Assembly (NCBI GenBank): GCA_034440455.1
Contig: JAWXCB010000008.1
Span: 66,442-130,441, forward strand
Length of the DNA: 64,000 bases
Direction of reading: 5' to 3'
DNA from: Chitinophagales bacterium
GTDB taxonomy: Bacteria; Bacteroidota; Bacteroidia; Chitinophagales; CAIOSU01
The translations under genes and the position numbers were made by a program. Position 1 is the stretch's first letter. Each line of letters starts with the position of its first letter. The notes beneath the pieces were generated by a model that did not search any database, was not told where the DNA came from, and saw nothing but the letters and a program-made list of their open reading frames with translations. This document shows, in pieces, positions 34,663-44,685 of the stretch.

Positions 34663-35898
34663 TTAATATCTCTCAACTGGAAAACTCATGCAATGTGGTC
34701 CGCCTCGGGCGCGGGAAAGTTCGGTGGAGGGAATGCTGATGATGGTGCGTTCCATTTTGTCGGGCTGGATGATTCCTTTTTGAAATGCTTCAATCACAGT
34801 TTCGGCATCCACTACGTTGTAGCCTCGTTCTCTGAAAGCCTCATGCGTTTTTGCATTGCGGTTGTAAGCGATGGCAACGCCATCTTTCACGGCAAGCAGG
34901 TTGCATCCGTCTGTCCATTGCTCACGCTCATCAAAGGGCGCTTTGCCCTGTCCGCATAAAATGAATTCCGTTTTGGGATTCATCTTCAGGAAAAAATCTT
35001 TTAAAGAGGGATACGTGATTTCAGCCGAAGATCCTTTTTTGTAATGATACAGCTTCATTTTTTTTTCTTTCATCACCAAGGGCGCAAACACCACGTATTC
35101 ATTTTTACTTGCCTGCGTGAAAATGGTATCAATGTGCATGGAGGCGCGTTTCTTCGGAATATCAATGCGCAGCAGATTTTGAATAACATTCTTTTTGAAC
35201 AACACTTCCGCAAGAAAATCCACTGCCTTTGAAGAAGTGCGCGAACTACATCCCACCATGAGCGTTTTGTTGTCATACACCATGATGTCACCGCCTTCGA
35301 TTTTTATTTCATCGCCTTCCTGCGTGAGGTCAATCACGCGCTTATTTTCTACAAAATCCTTGAACAGCGGATGATAATTTACGATGGTGCGTGTGAGAAT
35401 GCTTTCACGACTACGCGCCTTTTTTCGTGCATGGCAGATAACGATGTGGTCGTTAATGACTGCGCCAATATCGCGGGTGAACACATAGTTTGGAAGCGGG
35501 GAAAATAGTTGCTTGTTGTCCTGTTGCAAAATGCCGGTGAACAAGGTGTAAACCAACTGGTCAGCGGGAAGTTTGCGCAGTTTCTCGCGTGTTTTATCCG
35601 ACTCTTTTTCCAGCTTGCATACGGCATCAACGAGTTCTGCTTTTGCCTGCTCATTCAGCAGCACCACTTCCCTGAGCATGTCCTGCGTATCATGCACATT
35701 TTCTTCACCAAGAAACATATTCAGCACCTGCTCGAAAATGAAATGCTCTTCCTGCATCCGTGCGAGAAACACGATGTCATCATACAAAAATTCAAGCGCC
35801 TTACTTGGCGTCACAATTTCAATGCCGTCATCAGGCGCGTGGATAATCACCTTGCGCAGGGGCTTTACTTCCGAATTAACACTTAAAACTTTAGACAT
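34663..35898 (-). CDS. arginine deiminase-family protein (guanidino-group-modifying enzyme fold)
   Basis: 411 aa. The C-terminal GGPHCMSFPV catalytic-Cys motif and overall length fit ArcA-like enzymes. Confidence 0.7.
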   Translation of the reverse strand: MSKVLSVNSEVKPLRKVIIHAPDDGIEIVTPSKALEFLYDDIVFLARMQEEHFIFEQVLNMFLGEENVHDTQDMLREVVLLNEQAKAELVDAVCKLEKESDKTREKLRKLPADQLVYTLFTGILQQDNKQLFSPLPNYVFTRDIGAVINDHIVICHARKKARSRESILTRTIVNYHPLFKDFVENKRVIDLTQEGDEIKIEGGDIMVYDNKTLMVGCSSRTSSKAVDFLAEVLFKKNVIQNLLRIDIPKKRASMHIDTIFTQASKNEYVVFAPLVMKEKKMKLYHYKKGSSAEITYPSLKDFFLKMNPKTEFILCGQGKAPFDEREQWTDGCNLLAVKDGVAIAYNRNAKTHEAFRERGYNVVDAETVIEAFQKGIIQPDKMERTIISIPSTELSRARGGPHCMSFPVERY

Positions 35899-35922
35899 AC
35901 AATTTCATCATGTAGAATAACC

Positions 35923-35964
35923 AAAAATCAAATTTCAAATAGCAAATAGCAAATAGCAAATAGA
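35923..35964. repeat. heptamer micro-array (AAAAATC AAATTTC AAATAGC AAATAGC AAATAGC AAATAGA)
   Basis: Six consecutive 7-nt units, three of them identical. On the sense strand of the downstream gene (start 35898) it reads CTATTTG x4. Confidence 0.8.
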
Positions 35965-36001
35965 AATTCGATTTTAGATTTGTTATTTGAAAATTTGCAA
36001 T

Positions 36002-36922
36002 TTAATACACCATCATCTTCATACAAAAACAACTTCCTCCCGATTTGATGTATTCGGAAGTATCAATTTCACTTACCTCAAAACCTAAGTTATTCAATTC
36101 GCGCTTCATCACGGTTGTGCCTTTTTGAAGCACGGCTACTTTTTCCCGCGTCTTTGCATCATTCACCAAATGCGCATTCAACGCAAAATAGTTATCCGCT
36201 TCCTCATCGGGAATTTCGATGATGTTTTTGAAAAGTTTTTTCAACTCCTGCAAGTCTTCCTTTTGAAAAGCAGCAGGCGTAAGCATCACAGTGTTTTCAT
36301 CCACAGGAATGAAACACGTATCAAGATGATAAAACCGCGCATCTTCCAACTTCAGCAATACAATCGGCACTTGCAATAATTCTGAAATCTCTTTATACGC
36401 TGCTGCATCTGTGCGATGTCCATAGCCGCCATACAAAAGATTTTTACCGTAATGCGGAATCAAGTCGCCCATTCCTTCAAAATGAGGCGCGCCACTCAAC
36501 TCTAATAATTCATAGCCAAGCTCTGTATAGAATTTTCTGAAATAAGGCACTTCACGCTCACGGCTTGCATGACGCATTTTACTCATCACCACTACCTTCT
36601 TGCCATTCAGCATCCAGGGAAAGGATTGATTAGCAGTGAATAGCATATCCTCCAATCCATCCACTCCTTTTATTTCAAGTACATCATCCAAAATTCCTGA
36701 TTGCTTCCATTTTTGATACACTTCTTTCAAATCATTCCATTGCTGAATAGCAAGGTTTTTATCTAAGCCTCCCACATTGTCCTGCATGTGTACGTTCTTC
36801 ACGTCAACGATATCAAAATATTCAGGAGTAGAAATGAGGACGCTACGCGGCTCTTTCCTATCGGTGATTTCCGCAATGGAGAAACCAATTTCTGATGGAT
36901 TGTAAATTATATTCTCAACCAT
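36002..36922 (-). CDS. amidinotransferase / arginine-deiminase-related protein (CtlX/DDAH-like)
   Basis: 306 aa. The C-terminal SGGSCFCM catalytic-Cys context and the FYHLDTCF motif are typical of the guanidino-modifying superfamily. Confidence 0.65.
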   Translation of the reverse strand: MVENIIYNPSEIGFSIAEITDRKEPRSVLISTPEYFDIVDVKNVHMQDNVGGLDKNLAIQQWNDLKEVYQKWKQSGILDDVLEIKGVDGLEDMLFTANQSFPWMLNGKKVVVMSKMRHASREREVPYFRKFYTELGYELLELSGAPHFEGMGDLIPHYGKNLLYGGYGHRTDAAAYKEISELLQVPIVLLKLEDARFYHLDTCFIPVDENTVMLTPAAFQKEDLQELKKLFKNIIEIPDEEADNYFALNAHLVNDAKTREKVAVLQKGTTVMKRELNNLGFEVSEIDTSEYIKSGGSCFCMKMMVY

Positions 36923-36947
36923 AAAGGAAACGGAGAATTTGACAAAT

Positions 36948-38021
36948 CTACTCCAACTCCACTTTCATCTTCACCGGCTGATGGTCGGAATACTTGAAAT
37001 CAAGATTGATTCCATTCACCTCCAGCACTTTCACATTCGGAGAGACCAAAAAGAAATCAATCAGCGTCACAAAAGTTTTACCCTTTTCAAATGCCGTAGC
37101 AAGTTTGCGGTTCGTGGGCGTATTTGAATCGAATGCCCAATTCCAGCCGGGCATAAAATCAGATGGAATATTAAGTTGAACGTAGGAGCCATCCGCATCT
37201 TTCCCGAAATGCTGGTAATCGAAATCAGGCGGGCATTGATTCCAGTCGCCACCCACGATAATGTAGTTTCCTTTTGCATACTCCTCCGTCAGTAATCCTT
37301 TGAGCAATTCCATTTCTTTTTTCTTGATTGAACCTCCTTCATCATAAGCTTCATTATGCGTGTTAATCACCACCAATTGCTTTCCGTTGGGAAGATTATA
37401 GCGATGCAACAACAAACATCTGTCCAACCAAAACACACGCTTGGGCCAGGGAAAACCACCGGGTAAAGAAATGCGTGTTGCTTCTACGGGTTGAAATTTA
37501 CTGTAAGAGCCAAGCCCCGCATCTACTTTGCCAAGCGCATCCCACGGCTTGTTGAGCGGAGCGGGAACATAATCCACGACATAGTTTTGCGCATAGGTGT
37601 AGGCATGATTCGGCAATGCTTTTGCAAGCGCTTCCAATTCATTTACTCTGTGGCTGCGCTTGGAATTCACATCCACTTCCTGAATTAAAATAAAATCAAC
37701 ATCTGCTTGTGAGGCAAGTGTTGTTGTGATTCCTTTCAGATTTTCTTCCACTCTTTCTTTGGAAGGGCGCACCATTTTTCCGCCATCAAAAAAGAAATCT
37801 TCTTTGTCACCCAAGCCGGAGTAGCCAATATTCCATAGCAAGAAAGTAAATACGCTGTCAGTTGGTGTTGCGCTTACGGGATTTTTGATTTCAACGCTTT
37901 CGGTGGGCGCAGGCTCATAATTAGTAAGTGTGCCGTAGAGCATGTTGCCACCGACATAAAGCGCGGCAATACCGGCAAACAACAGGAGAATAAAGAGGAG
38001 CATTTTGAGTCTTCTTTTCAT
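36948..38021 (-). CDS. endonuclease/exonuclease/phosphatase (EEP) family protein, membrane-anchored
   Basis: 357 aa with an N-terminal TM helix and EEP-type motifs (LLWNIGY, ILIQEVD, GDWN, SDHQPV). Confidence 0.75.
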   Translation of the reverse strand: MKRRLKMLLFILLLFAGIAALYVGGNMLYGTLTNYEPAPTESVEIKNPVSATPTDSVFTFLLWNIGYSGLGDKEDFFFDGGKMVRPSKERVEENLKGITTTLASQADVDFILIQEVDVNSKRSHRVNELEALAKALPNHAYTYAQNYVVDYVPAPLNKPWDALGKVDAGLGSYSKFQPVEATRISLPGGFPWPKRVFWLDRCLLLHRYNLPNGKQLVVINTHNEAYDEGGSIKKKEMELLKGLLTEEYAKGNYIIVGGDWNQCPPDFDYQHFGKDADGSYVQLNIPSDFMPGWNWAFDSNTPTNRKLATAFEKGKTFVTLIDFFLVSPNVKVLEVNGINLDFKYSDHQPVKMKVELE

Positions 38022-38145
38022 TATTTGAGAATTTAGGAGGGTGTTTCAAAGATACAGATTCAGGACAAGCCAAATCTCTATATTTGTTAAAGCAAGATTA
38101 TCCGCTTGTTTCCCCGCAAGCTATTTTTAACCAAATTCATCCTGA

Positions 38146-38976
38146 ATGAATACTGACGAATTTCATTGGCGCTCTATTGACGAACTGAACATTTATGGAA
38201 AATATTGGGCTCCCGAAAAAGAAATTAAAGGTGTTGTTTGCCTTGTGCATGGCATGGGCGAGCACTGCAACCGCTATGACTTTGTCGGAAAATTTCTTTC
38301 CGATAATGCAGTTGCGCTGATTGGTTATGACCAGCGTGGGCATGGTAAGTCGGAAGGAAAAAGAGGGCATACGCCATCGTATGACCACCTCTTACAGGGC
38401 GTGGACAATCTGATTCACAAAGCGAAAGAATTGTTTCCCGAATTGCCGATCATACTTTACGGACATAGCATGGGGGGTAATCTGGTGTTGAATTATGCGA
38501 TGCAAAAGAAACCCATCCTGAATGGCGTGATTGCATCAAGTCCTTGGTTAAGATTAGCATTTGAGCCGCCCGCAATCCAAGTGAAACTGGGACATTGGAT
38601 GAAAAAGATTTATCCCGCGTTTTCGCAATCAACAAATCTGGATGCCAAGGCTATTTCACGCATTCCAGAAGAAGTGAAGAAATATGAAAACGACCCGTTG
38701 GTGCATGATAAAATCACTGCGATGATGTTCACATCCGTATATGATGCAGGGCTGCGGGCATTGAATAATCCGGATGAAATGGAATTGCCCTTGTTGCATT
38801 TTCATGGGAACGCTGATAAACTTACTTCGTGTGCTGCTTCAAAAGAATTTACGGGAAATGTAAAAGGGGATGTGACGTTTAAAATGTTTGAAGGGGCATT
38901 TCACGAAACGCATAATGATTTGTGCCGCGAGGAAGTATTGAATTTGATGAAAAATTGGGTGGAGGAAAGGCTATGA
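38146..38976 (+). CDS. alpha/beta hydrolase (lysophospholipase / monoacylglycerol-lipase-like)
   Basis: 276 aa with HGMGEH, the nucleophile elbow GHSMGG, and C-terminal HE..N. Confidence 0.8.
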   Translation: MNTDEFHWRSIDELNIYGKYWAPEKEIKGVVCLVHGMGEHCNRYDFVGKFLSDNAVALIGYDQRGHGKSEGKRGHTPSYDHLLQGVDNLIHKAKELFPELPIILYGHSMGGNLVLNYAMQKKPILNGVIASSPWLRLAFEPPAIQVKLGHWMKKIYPAFSQSTNLDAKAISRIPEEVKKYENDPLVHDKITAMMFTSVYDAGLRALNNPDEMELPLLHFHGNADKLTSCAASKEFTGNVKGDVTFKMFEGAFHETHNDLCREEVLNLMKNWVEERL

Positions 38977-39039
38977 AAAATTCCAATATCCAAAGAGCAA
39001 AATTCAAGAGGACGGTTTTGAAAATAGTTCATCTGCATT

Positions 39040-39067
39040 TTGATTATTGAAATTTGAAAATTGGTAA
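39040..39067 (+). repeat. heptamer micro-array (TTGATTA TTGAAAT TTGAAAA TTGGTAA)
   Basis: Four consecutive 7-nt units ending 15 nt before the ATG at 39082. Confidence 0.6.
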
Positions 39068-39081
39068 TTTCAGGAAGGCAG

Positions 39082-40410
39082 ATGTTTGCAATCATTGACA
39101 CAGAAACGACAGGCGGCAATCCGGTGAAAGACCGCATCATGGAGATTGCCGTTATCCTGCATGATGGCGAGCGCGTGGTGGAAGAATTTGCAACGCTGCT
39201 CAATCCGGGCACTCCCATCGCCCCGTTTATTATTTCGCTTACAGGCATCACAAATGAAATGGTGCAGGATGCGCCAACCTTCGACCAGATTGCGGAAACG
39301 GTGGAGCGGCTCACCGGGAAAAGCATTTTTGTAGCGCATAATGCGCGCTTTGATTATTCGGTGGTGCGCAGGGAGTTCAAGCGCATGGGCGTTCGCTTTC
39401 AGCGGAAGCAACTCTGCACTGTGCATCTCAGCCAGAAATTATTACCCGGAAAACAATCGTACAGTCTCGGTAAACTTTGCCGCGAAATCGGGATACAAGT
39501 TGAAAAACGTCACCGCGCTTTGGGTGATGCGCGGGCAACGGTTTTGTTATTTGAAAAACTGCTAGGAGGCGACAAGGAGCATATCATCAACAGCGTGTTC
39601 ACCGATGAGTTGGAAGGCGCTGATATTCCGCCCAATCTTTCATCCGAAACCGTTGATGATTTGCCGGAGGAAACAGGCGTTTATTATTTCTTAGATGATA
39701 AAATGAAAATCCTGTTTGTGGGCAAAAGCAGGAACATCCGCAAGCGCGTGATTGATCATATCCTGAAAGAGGCAAACGAGCCTTATTTCGCCCGCATGAA
39801 AAACCGGATTTATGATGTGCAGTATGAAATCACCGGCAGCGAGTTAATCGCGCAGTTGTTTGAGTTTGATGAAATAGAGAAACACGCCCCGCCTTTCAAT
39901 TTCACAAGAAGAAAAAAACAATACAACTACGGCATTTACTCTTTCACCGATGCGGATGGTTTGTTGAATCTCGGTATTGATAAATTGAATCGCGATGAAC
40001 CTCCGCTTCTGGAAACGATTTCTTACAACACGGCTTTAAAAATCCTGAAAAAGCTCGTTCCTAAATATGAATTAGACCCGCGCCTGTGCGGATTGGGTAA
40101 TGGCGATGAAACGCCTGCTATCAGTCCGTTGCTGTACAATTCAAAAGTGCAGCGGCTGCTTCAGAGATACCAGCATGAGCATCCCAATTTTTTCATTATT
40201 GGCGAAGGCAGAGCGCATCACGAGCAATCCGTGGTGTGGGTGGAAAGAAACTGCTACAAAGGCTTTGGCTATTTCGAGCCGGAACACATCGAAAACGACA
40301 TCCAATCGCTGATGGATGCAGTGAAGCCTTCAATAAACAATGCGGACGCAAGCCGCCTGATTAAAAACTGGATGAAGAAGAAGATGAAGGATGAGGTGAT
40401 TAAGTATTAA
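39082..40410 (+). CDS. DnaQ-like 3'-5' exonuclease fused to a GIY-YIG (UvrC/Cho-like) domain
   Basis: The N-terminus FAIIDTETTG ... AHNARFDY ... HRALGDA gives the Exo I-III motifs. This is followed by GVYYFLDDKMKILFVGKSRNIRKRVIDH (GIY-YIG). Confidence 0.8.
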   Translation: MFAIIDTETTGGNPVKDRIMEIAVILHDGERVVEEFATLLNPGTPIAPFIISLTGITNEMVQDAPTFDQIAETVERLTGKSIFVAHNARFDYSVVRREFKRMGVRFQRKQLCTVHLSQKLLPGKQSYSLGKLCREIGIQVEKRHRALGDARATVLLFEKLLGGDKEHIINSVFTDELEGADIPPNLSSETVDDLPEETGVYYFLDDKMKILFVGKSRNIRKRVIDHILKEANEPYFARMKNRIYDVQYEITGSELIAQLFEFDEIEKHAPPFNFTRRKKQYNYGIYSFTDADGLLNLGIDKLNRDEPPLLETISYNTALKILKKLVPKYELDPRLCGLGNGDETPAISPLLYNSKVQRLLQRYQHEHPNFFIIGEGRAHHEQSVVWVERNCYKGFGYFEPEHIENDIQSLMDAVKPSINNADASRLIKNWMKKKMKDEVIKY

Positions 40411-40539
40411 TGTACCCCTGAATTTCATCTGCTCAATAAATTACTTGACAACTCTTTTCTTGTTCTGTTGAAATGTTAAAAGGATTCGCGCAAGCGGATT
40501 TTTATTGCGGCTAATTTTTGCTGCAAATAAATCCGGAAC

Positions 40540-41709
40540 ATGATTGAAGACATCCTCAGCCCCCTTCCCTGGAGCCAGATTGAAAAATATAAAGCGCTGC
40601 CTGCCAACCGCTGGGGCGCAAATGTTGAATTTTTCACGGGTGACCTTCCCGATATGGAAAATGTACATATCGCAATCATCGGTGTGAAGGAAGACAGGGG
40701 CGCAGTGGATAATGAGGGATGCTTTGACGCGGTAGGCGCAATTCGCGAACAACTCTACAATCTTGTTACGCATCACCAGTCATTAAAAATTTGGGATTTC
40801 GGAAATATTGAAAAAGGCAGCGAACTCACTGACACCTATTTCGGAGTGAGCAGCGTGCTGAATCAATTGCTCAAAGGAAAAGCGGTACCGATTATCATTG
40901 GCGGCAGCCACGACATCACGGCTGCACAGTTCAAAGGCTACAGCAGCTTTGAGCGCGATGTAAACCTTACGGTGATTGATGAGCGTGTTGACCTGGAGGA
41001 AATGGACGGACAGTTTTCTGACCAAAATCATCTTTCAAAAATCATCACAGGCAATCCGCCATTTTTGGGCAATCTGAATCTACTTGGTTATCAATCACAT
41101 TTCTCTGATCTAAAATCTTTGGAGACTTTGGATAAGCTCGGCTTCGAATGTATGCGCTTCGGCACGGTGCGCAAAGAAATGGAAGAAGTAGAGCCGCTTG
41201 TGCGCGAATCGGATATGCTGAGTTTTGATATTTCAGCGATTCGCGCTTCTGACGCGCCCGCAATGAAAGGCGCTACTCCAAACGGATTTTCCGGAGAAGA
41301 AGCGTGTCAAATCTGCCGCTATGCAGGATTGAGCGACCGCCTCAGTTCCATCGGCATTTACAATTTTAATCCTGTGTTTGACCGCAACGACCAAACAGCG
41401 CAACTCATCGCACAGATGATTTGGTATTTCACCGATGGCTTTTACAGCCGCAAAGACGACAAGCTCACGCTCACGGAAAAAGATTTTTACCGCTACATCG
41501 TGCATTTGGATGAAGGTCACCATGACCTGCATTTTTGGAAAAGCCGCAAGAGCGACCGCTGGTGGTTGGAAGTGTCAGTGCCGCAGTTGGGTAAGAAGAA
41601 AAACAAGCCGATGTTAGTGCCCTGCTCATACAATGATTACAAAATCGCCAGCGCAGGCGAACTTCCCGAACGCTGGATTAAGGCGCAGTTGAAGGCGGCT
41701 GCGGTTTAA
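40540..41709 (+). CDS. arginase/ureohydrolase-family protein (formimidoylglutamase-like)
   Basis: 389 aa. IIIGGSHDIT and LSFDISAIRASDAP resemble the metal-binding motifs of the arginase family. Confidence 0.7.
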   Translation: MIEDILSPLPWSQIEKYKALPANRWGANVEFFTGDLPDMENVHIAIIGVKEDRGAVDNEGCFDAVGAIREQLYNLVTHHQSLKIWDFGNIEKGSELTDTYFGVSSVLNQLLKGKAVPIIIGGSHDITAAQFKGYSSFERDVNLTVIDERVDLEEMDGQFSDQNHLSKIITGNPPFLGNLNLLGYQSHFSDLKSLETLDKLGFECMRFGTVRKEMEEVEPLVRESDMLSFDISAIRASDAPAMKGATPNGFSGEEACQICRYAGLSDRLSSIGIYNFNPVFDRNDQTAQLIAQMIWYFTDGFYSRKDDKLTLTEKDFYRYIVHLDEGHHDLHFWKSRKSDRWWLEVSVPQLGKKKNKPMLVPCSYNDYKIASAGELPERWIKAQLKAAAV

Positions 41710-41839
41710 CATTAAGGTTAAGTTAAGCGTAAAGCATCTTTGTCTCGCAATGCGGATGCAATCTGCTGTTTCAATTTATTTTTAGAGAGATTCTTGAAAA
41801 ATAGGGCGGTAAAATCCTTAGTTTTATTCCCCCCGATTC

Positions 41840-44623
41840 ATGAAATTGAGATTTCTTTCCCTCTTATTTATTATATTCAACACACTTGCACTCTCTGCGC
41901 AAACTGCATCGCTGAAAGGGACGCTTGTTGACCTTGATGAAAATCTCACTATTGCGGATGCTGTCGTAACAATTACCGGAGAAAAAATTTTTGAAACGAA
42001 ATCTGACGATAACGGCATCTTCCAATTCAATGAAGTTCCCTTTGGAAAATATGAATTGAAAGTTGAAAAGGAAGGATATGAAATTGTCTCCCGCTCGCTG
42101 GATGTTACCGAAAAAGAAAAAAAAATAGGGCTGATTATTTTATCAAAGTTTGATGAAAATGCCGACCGCTTTGTGCAGGATAATATTCCTGTCATTTCGT
42201 TTGCGGAATCAGATATCAATGACCGCTCCTCGCAAAATGTGTCGGGCGTGTTGAGCGCTTCGCGCGATGCATTCATCTCAGCTTCTTCCTTCAATTGGGG
42301 CGCTGCGCGTTTCCGTATTCGCGGGTATGAGGGCGAAAATTTTGCCACACTGATGAATGGCGCTCCCATGAATGATTTGGCAACGGGACAAACATTCTGG
42401 TATTTGTGGGGCGGATTGAATGACGTGTTGCGAAACCGCGAAAACGCTTTTGGGCTTGCCGCTTCTACGTTTGCATTTGGCGGAGTTGGCGGCTCCAACG
42501 ATTTGGATGCGCGCGCAGCGCGGCAGCGGAAACAACTTTCTACTTCCTACGCGATTTCCAATCGCAACTATATGCACCGCCTGATGACTACATACAACTC
42601 AGGCATTCTGAAAAACAACTGGGCGGTTTCGCTTTCGTTTTCCAGACGTTGGGCGCAGGAGAATTACATTCCCGGAACATGGTTTGACGGATATTCTTAT
42701 TTCGCTTCGGTGGAGAAACTCATCGGATTTAAACATTCCATCAGCCTCACCACGTTTGGCGCGCCCACCCGCAGCGGACGCTCCACGCCTTCAATACAGG
42801 AGATGAACGATTTAGCGGGAACAAATTATTACAACCCGGGATGGGGCTATCAGAATGGCGAAAAGCGCAACGCGATAGTCGGAAAAAATTTCCAGCCGGT
42901 TTTTGTGCTGAATCACGAATGGAAAATCAATAAAAAGTCTTCGCTTGAAAGCGCGGTTTCGTATTTGTTCGGAAAAAATTCGGTGGGCGCGTTGGATTGG
43001 TATAACGCGCCCGACCCGCGTCCTGATTACTATCGCAACCTGCCCAGCCTGATTGAAGATTCCACATTACAACAGGAAGCCGAATATTTGCTTTCCAATT
43101 CTAAAGAAGCGCGACAAGTTGATTGGGATAATCTCTACAACGTGAATTATCATAATACCGAAAACGTAGCTGATGGAATCAACGGAGATTCCATCACGGG
43201 AAACCGCTCGCTTTACATCGTGCAGAATCGCGTGATTAAAAATCAGAAGCTCGCGGTGAATGCGGTGTACAACAATTCTCTGTCAGAACATGTGCTGCTC
43301 ACGACTGGCGTTTCGTATCAAAGGCAAACATCGAATTATTATGCAGAAGTGAATGACTTGCTGGGTGGAGATTTTTTTATGGACTTCAATCAGTTTGCCG
43401 AGCAGGATTTTCCCGACAGCGACACCGCTGTGCAAAACGATTTGAACCGCCCTAACCGGCTTGTGCGGGAAGGCGAACAGTATAGTTATGACTACACGTT
43501 GACGAATTGTAAAACCACCGCATGGCTGCAAACGCATTTCAAATACAATCACTTTGATTTTTTCCTCGCGGGCGAACTTACCTCTTCTCGCTACTGGCGC
43601 GAAGGGAATACTCGTGTCGGATTATTTCCAGATAACTCTTATGGTGAAGGTGAGAGTCAGCAGTTCTTCAATTATTTTCTGAAGGGCGGATTGACCTACA
43701 AAATCAACGGCAGAAATTATTTGTTTGCAAACGGAGCATATCTTACACGCGCTCCGCTCGTGCAGGATGCGCTGGTGTCGCCTCGCACACGCGACCAATA
43801 CGCGCCAACATTAGACGACACCAAAATATTTTCCGCTGAAGGCGGCTACTATTTAAAAAGCCCGAAAGTGAAAGGCAGACTCACTGGTTTCTTCACACAA
43901 TTCAACGACCAGATTCAGACCTACAATTTTTATCATGAAGATTTTCGCACACAAATCAACTATACGCTCACGAATGTTGACACGCGCCACATGGGCGTTG
44001 AGTTTGCGGTAGATGCGCGGCTGTGGCAAGGACTGAGCGCAACTGCTGTGGCCTCTATCGGGCAGTATTATTACACTTCGCGTCCTGATGCCACCGTCAC
44101 GCAGGATAATAATTCGGAAGTGTTGCAGAACGAAACGATTTATGCAAAGAATTTTTTCGTGTCGGGTTCACCGCAGAAAGCATATACGCTTGGCTTGAGC
44201 TATCGCGGAAAGAAGTTCTGGTTTGTAAATCTTTCGTGGAATATTTATGATGATATTTATATCAGCTTCAACCCTGCGCGCAGAACTACGCAAGCGGTTG
44301 ATATGGTGCAGGAAGGCTCGCAGGAGTGGAATGCTATTATTGAGCAGGAAGAAGTGAATCCTGATTTCAAAGACAAGTTCACGCTTGATTTATTTGGCGG
44401 AAAATCTTTCAAGTTGAATAAAGAGCGCGTGCATGGCTATAATTTTTTCATGGTGCTGAATGTAGGCGTGAATAATATCCTCAACAATCAAAACATGATC
44501 GTAGGCGGCTTTGAGCAGTTGCGTTTTGATTTCACCGAGAAAAATCCGAACAAGTTTGCCTCAAGATATTTTTACAACTACGGGGCTACGTTTTTTGTGA
44601 ATTTGACTTTTAGAATGAATTAA
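41840..44623 (+). CDS. TonB-dependent outer-membrane receptor with an N-terminal carboxypeptidase-regulatory-like domain
   Basis: 927 aa with a signal peptide, a CarboxypepD_reg-like beta-sandwich (GTLVDLDENLTIADAVVTITGE ... FGKYELKVEKEGY), a plug region, and a C-terminal aromatic residue pattern (FFVNLTFRMN). Confidence 0.8.
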   Translation: MKLRFLSLLFIIFNTLALSAQTASLKGTLVDLDENLTIADAVVTITGEKIFETKSDDNGIFQFNEVPFGKYELKVEKEGYEIVSRSLDVTEKEKKIGLIILSKFDENADRFVQDNIPVISFAESDINDRSSQNVSGVLSASRDAFISASSFNWGAARFRIRGYEGENFATLMNGAPMNDLATGQTFWYLWGGLNDVLRNRENAFGLAASTFAFGGVGGSNDLDARAARQRKQLSTSYAISNRNYMHRLMTTYNSGILKNNWAVSLSFSRRWAQENYIPGTWFDGYSYFASVEKLIGFKHSISLTTFGAPTRSGRSTPSIQEMNDLAGTNYYNPGWGYQNGEKRNAIVGKNFQPVFVLNHEWKINKKSSLESAVSYLFGKNSVGALDWYNAPDPRPDYYRNLPSLIEDSTLQQEAEYLLSNSKEARQVDWDNLYNVNYHNTENVADGINGDSITGNRSLYIVQNRVIKNQKLAVNAVYNNSLSEHVLLTTGVSYQRQTSNYYAEVNDLLGGDFFMDFNQFAEQDFPDSDTAVQNDLNRPNRLVREGEQYSYDYTLTNCKTTAWLQTHFKYNHFDFFLAGELTSSRYWREGNTRVGLFPDNSYGEGESQQFFNYFLKGGLTYKINGRNYLFANGAYLTRAPLVQDALVSPRTRDQYAPTLDDTKIFSAEGGYYLKSPKVKGRLTGFFTQFNDQIQTYNFYHEDFRTQINYTLTNVDTRHMGVEFAVDARLWQGLSATAVASIGQYYYTSRPDATVTQDNNSEVLQNETIYAKNFFVSGSPQKAYTLGLSYRGKKFWFVNLSWNIYDDIYISFNPARRTTQAVDMVQEGSQEWNAIIEQEEVNPDFKDKFTLDLFGGKSFKLNKERVHGYNFFMVLNVGVNNILNNQNMIVGGFEQLRFDFTEKNPNKFASRYFYNYGATFFVNLTFRMN

Positions 44624-44627
44624 AATG

Positions 44628-44675
44628 TTTGTAGTTCGTGTTTTGTTGTTTGTAGTTACAACAATGCAACACGAA
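44628..44675. repeat. heptamer tract (TTTGTAG TTCGTGT TTTGTTG TTTGTAG) that folds into an imperfect hairpin
   Basis: Outer stem TTCGTGTT (44635-44642) / AACACGAA (44668-44675) and inner stem TTGTTG / CAACAA, between the receptor gene and the downstream lipoprotein gene. Confidence 0.6.
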
Positions 44676-44685
44676 TAAAACTTAA

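Noticed and set aside
39082-40410. DnaQ-GIY-YIG fusion as a defence nuclease, or as the partner of the hairpin repeats
   Set aside because: This architecture is a widely conserved repair-type protein in Bacteroidota. The gene is not flanked by the class-2 repeats, and its neighbours are housekeeping genes.
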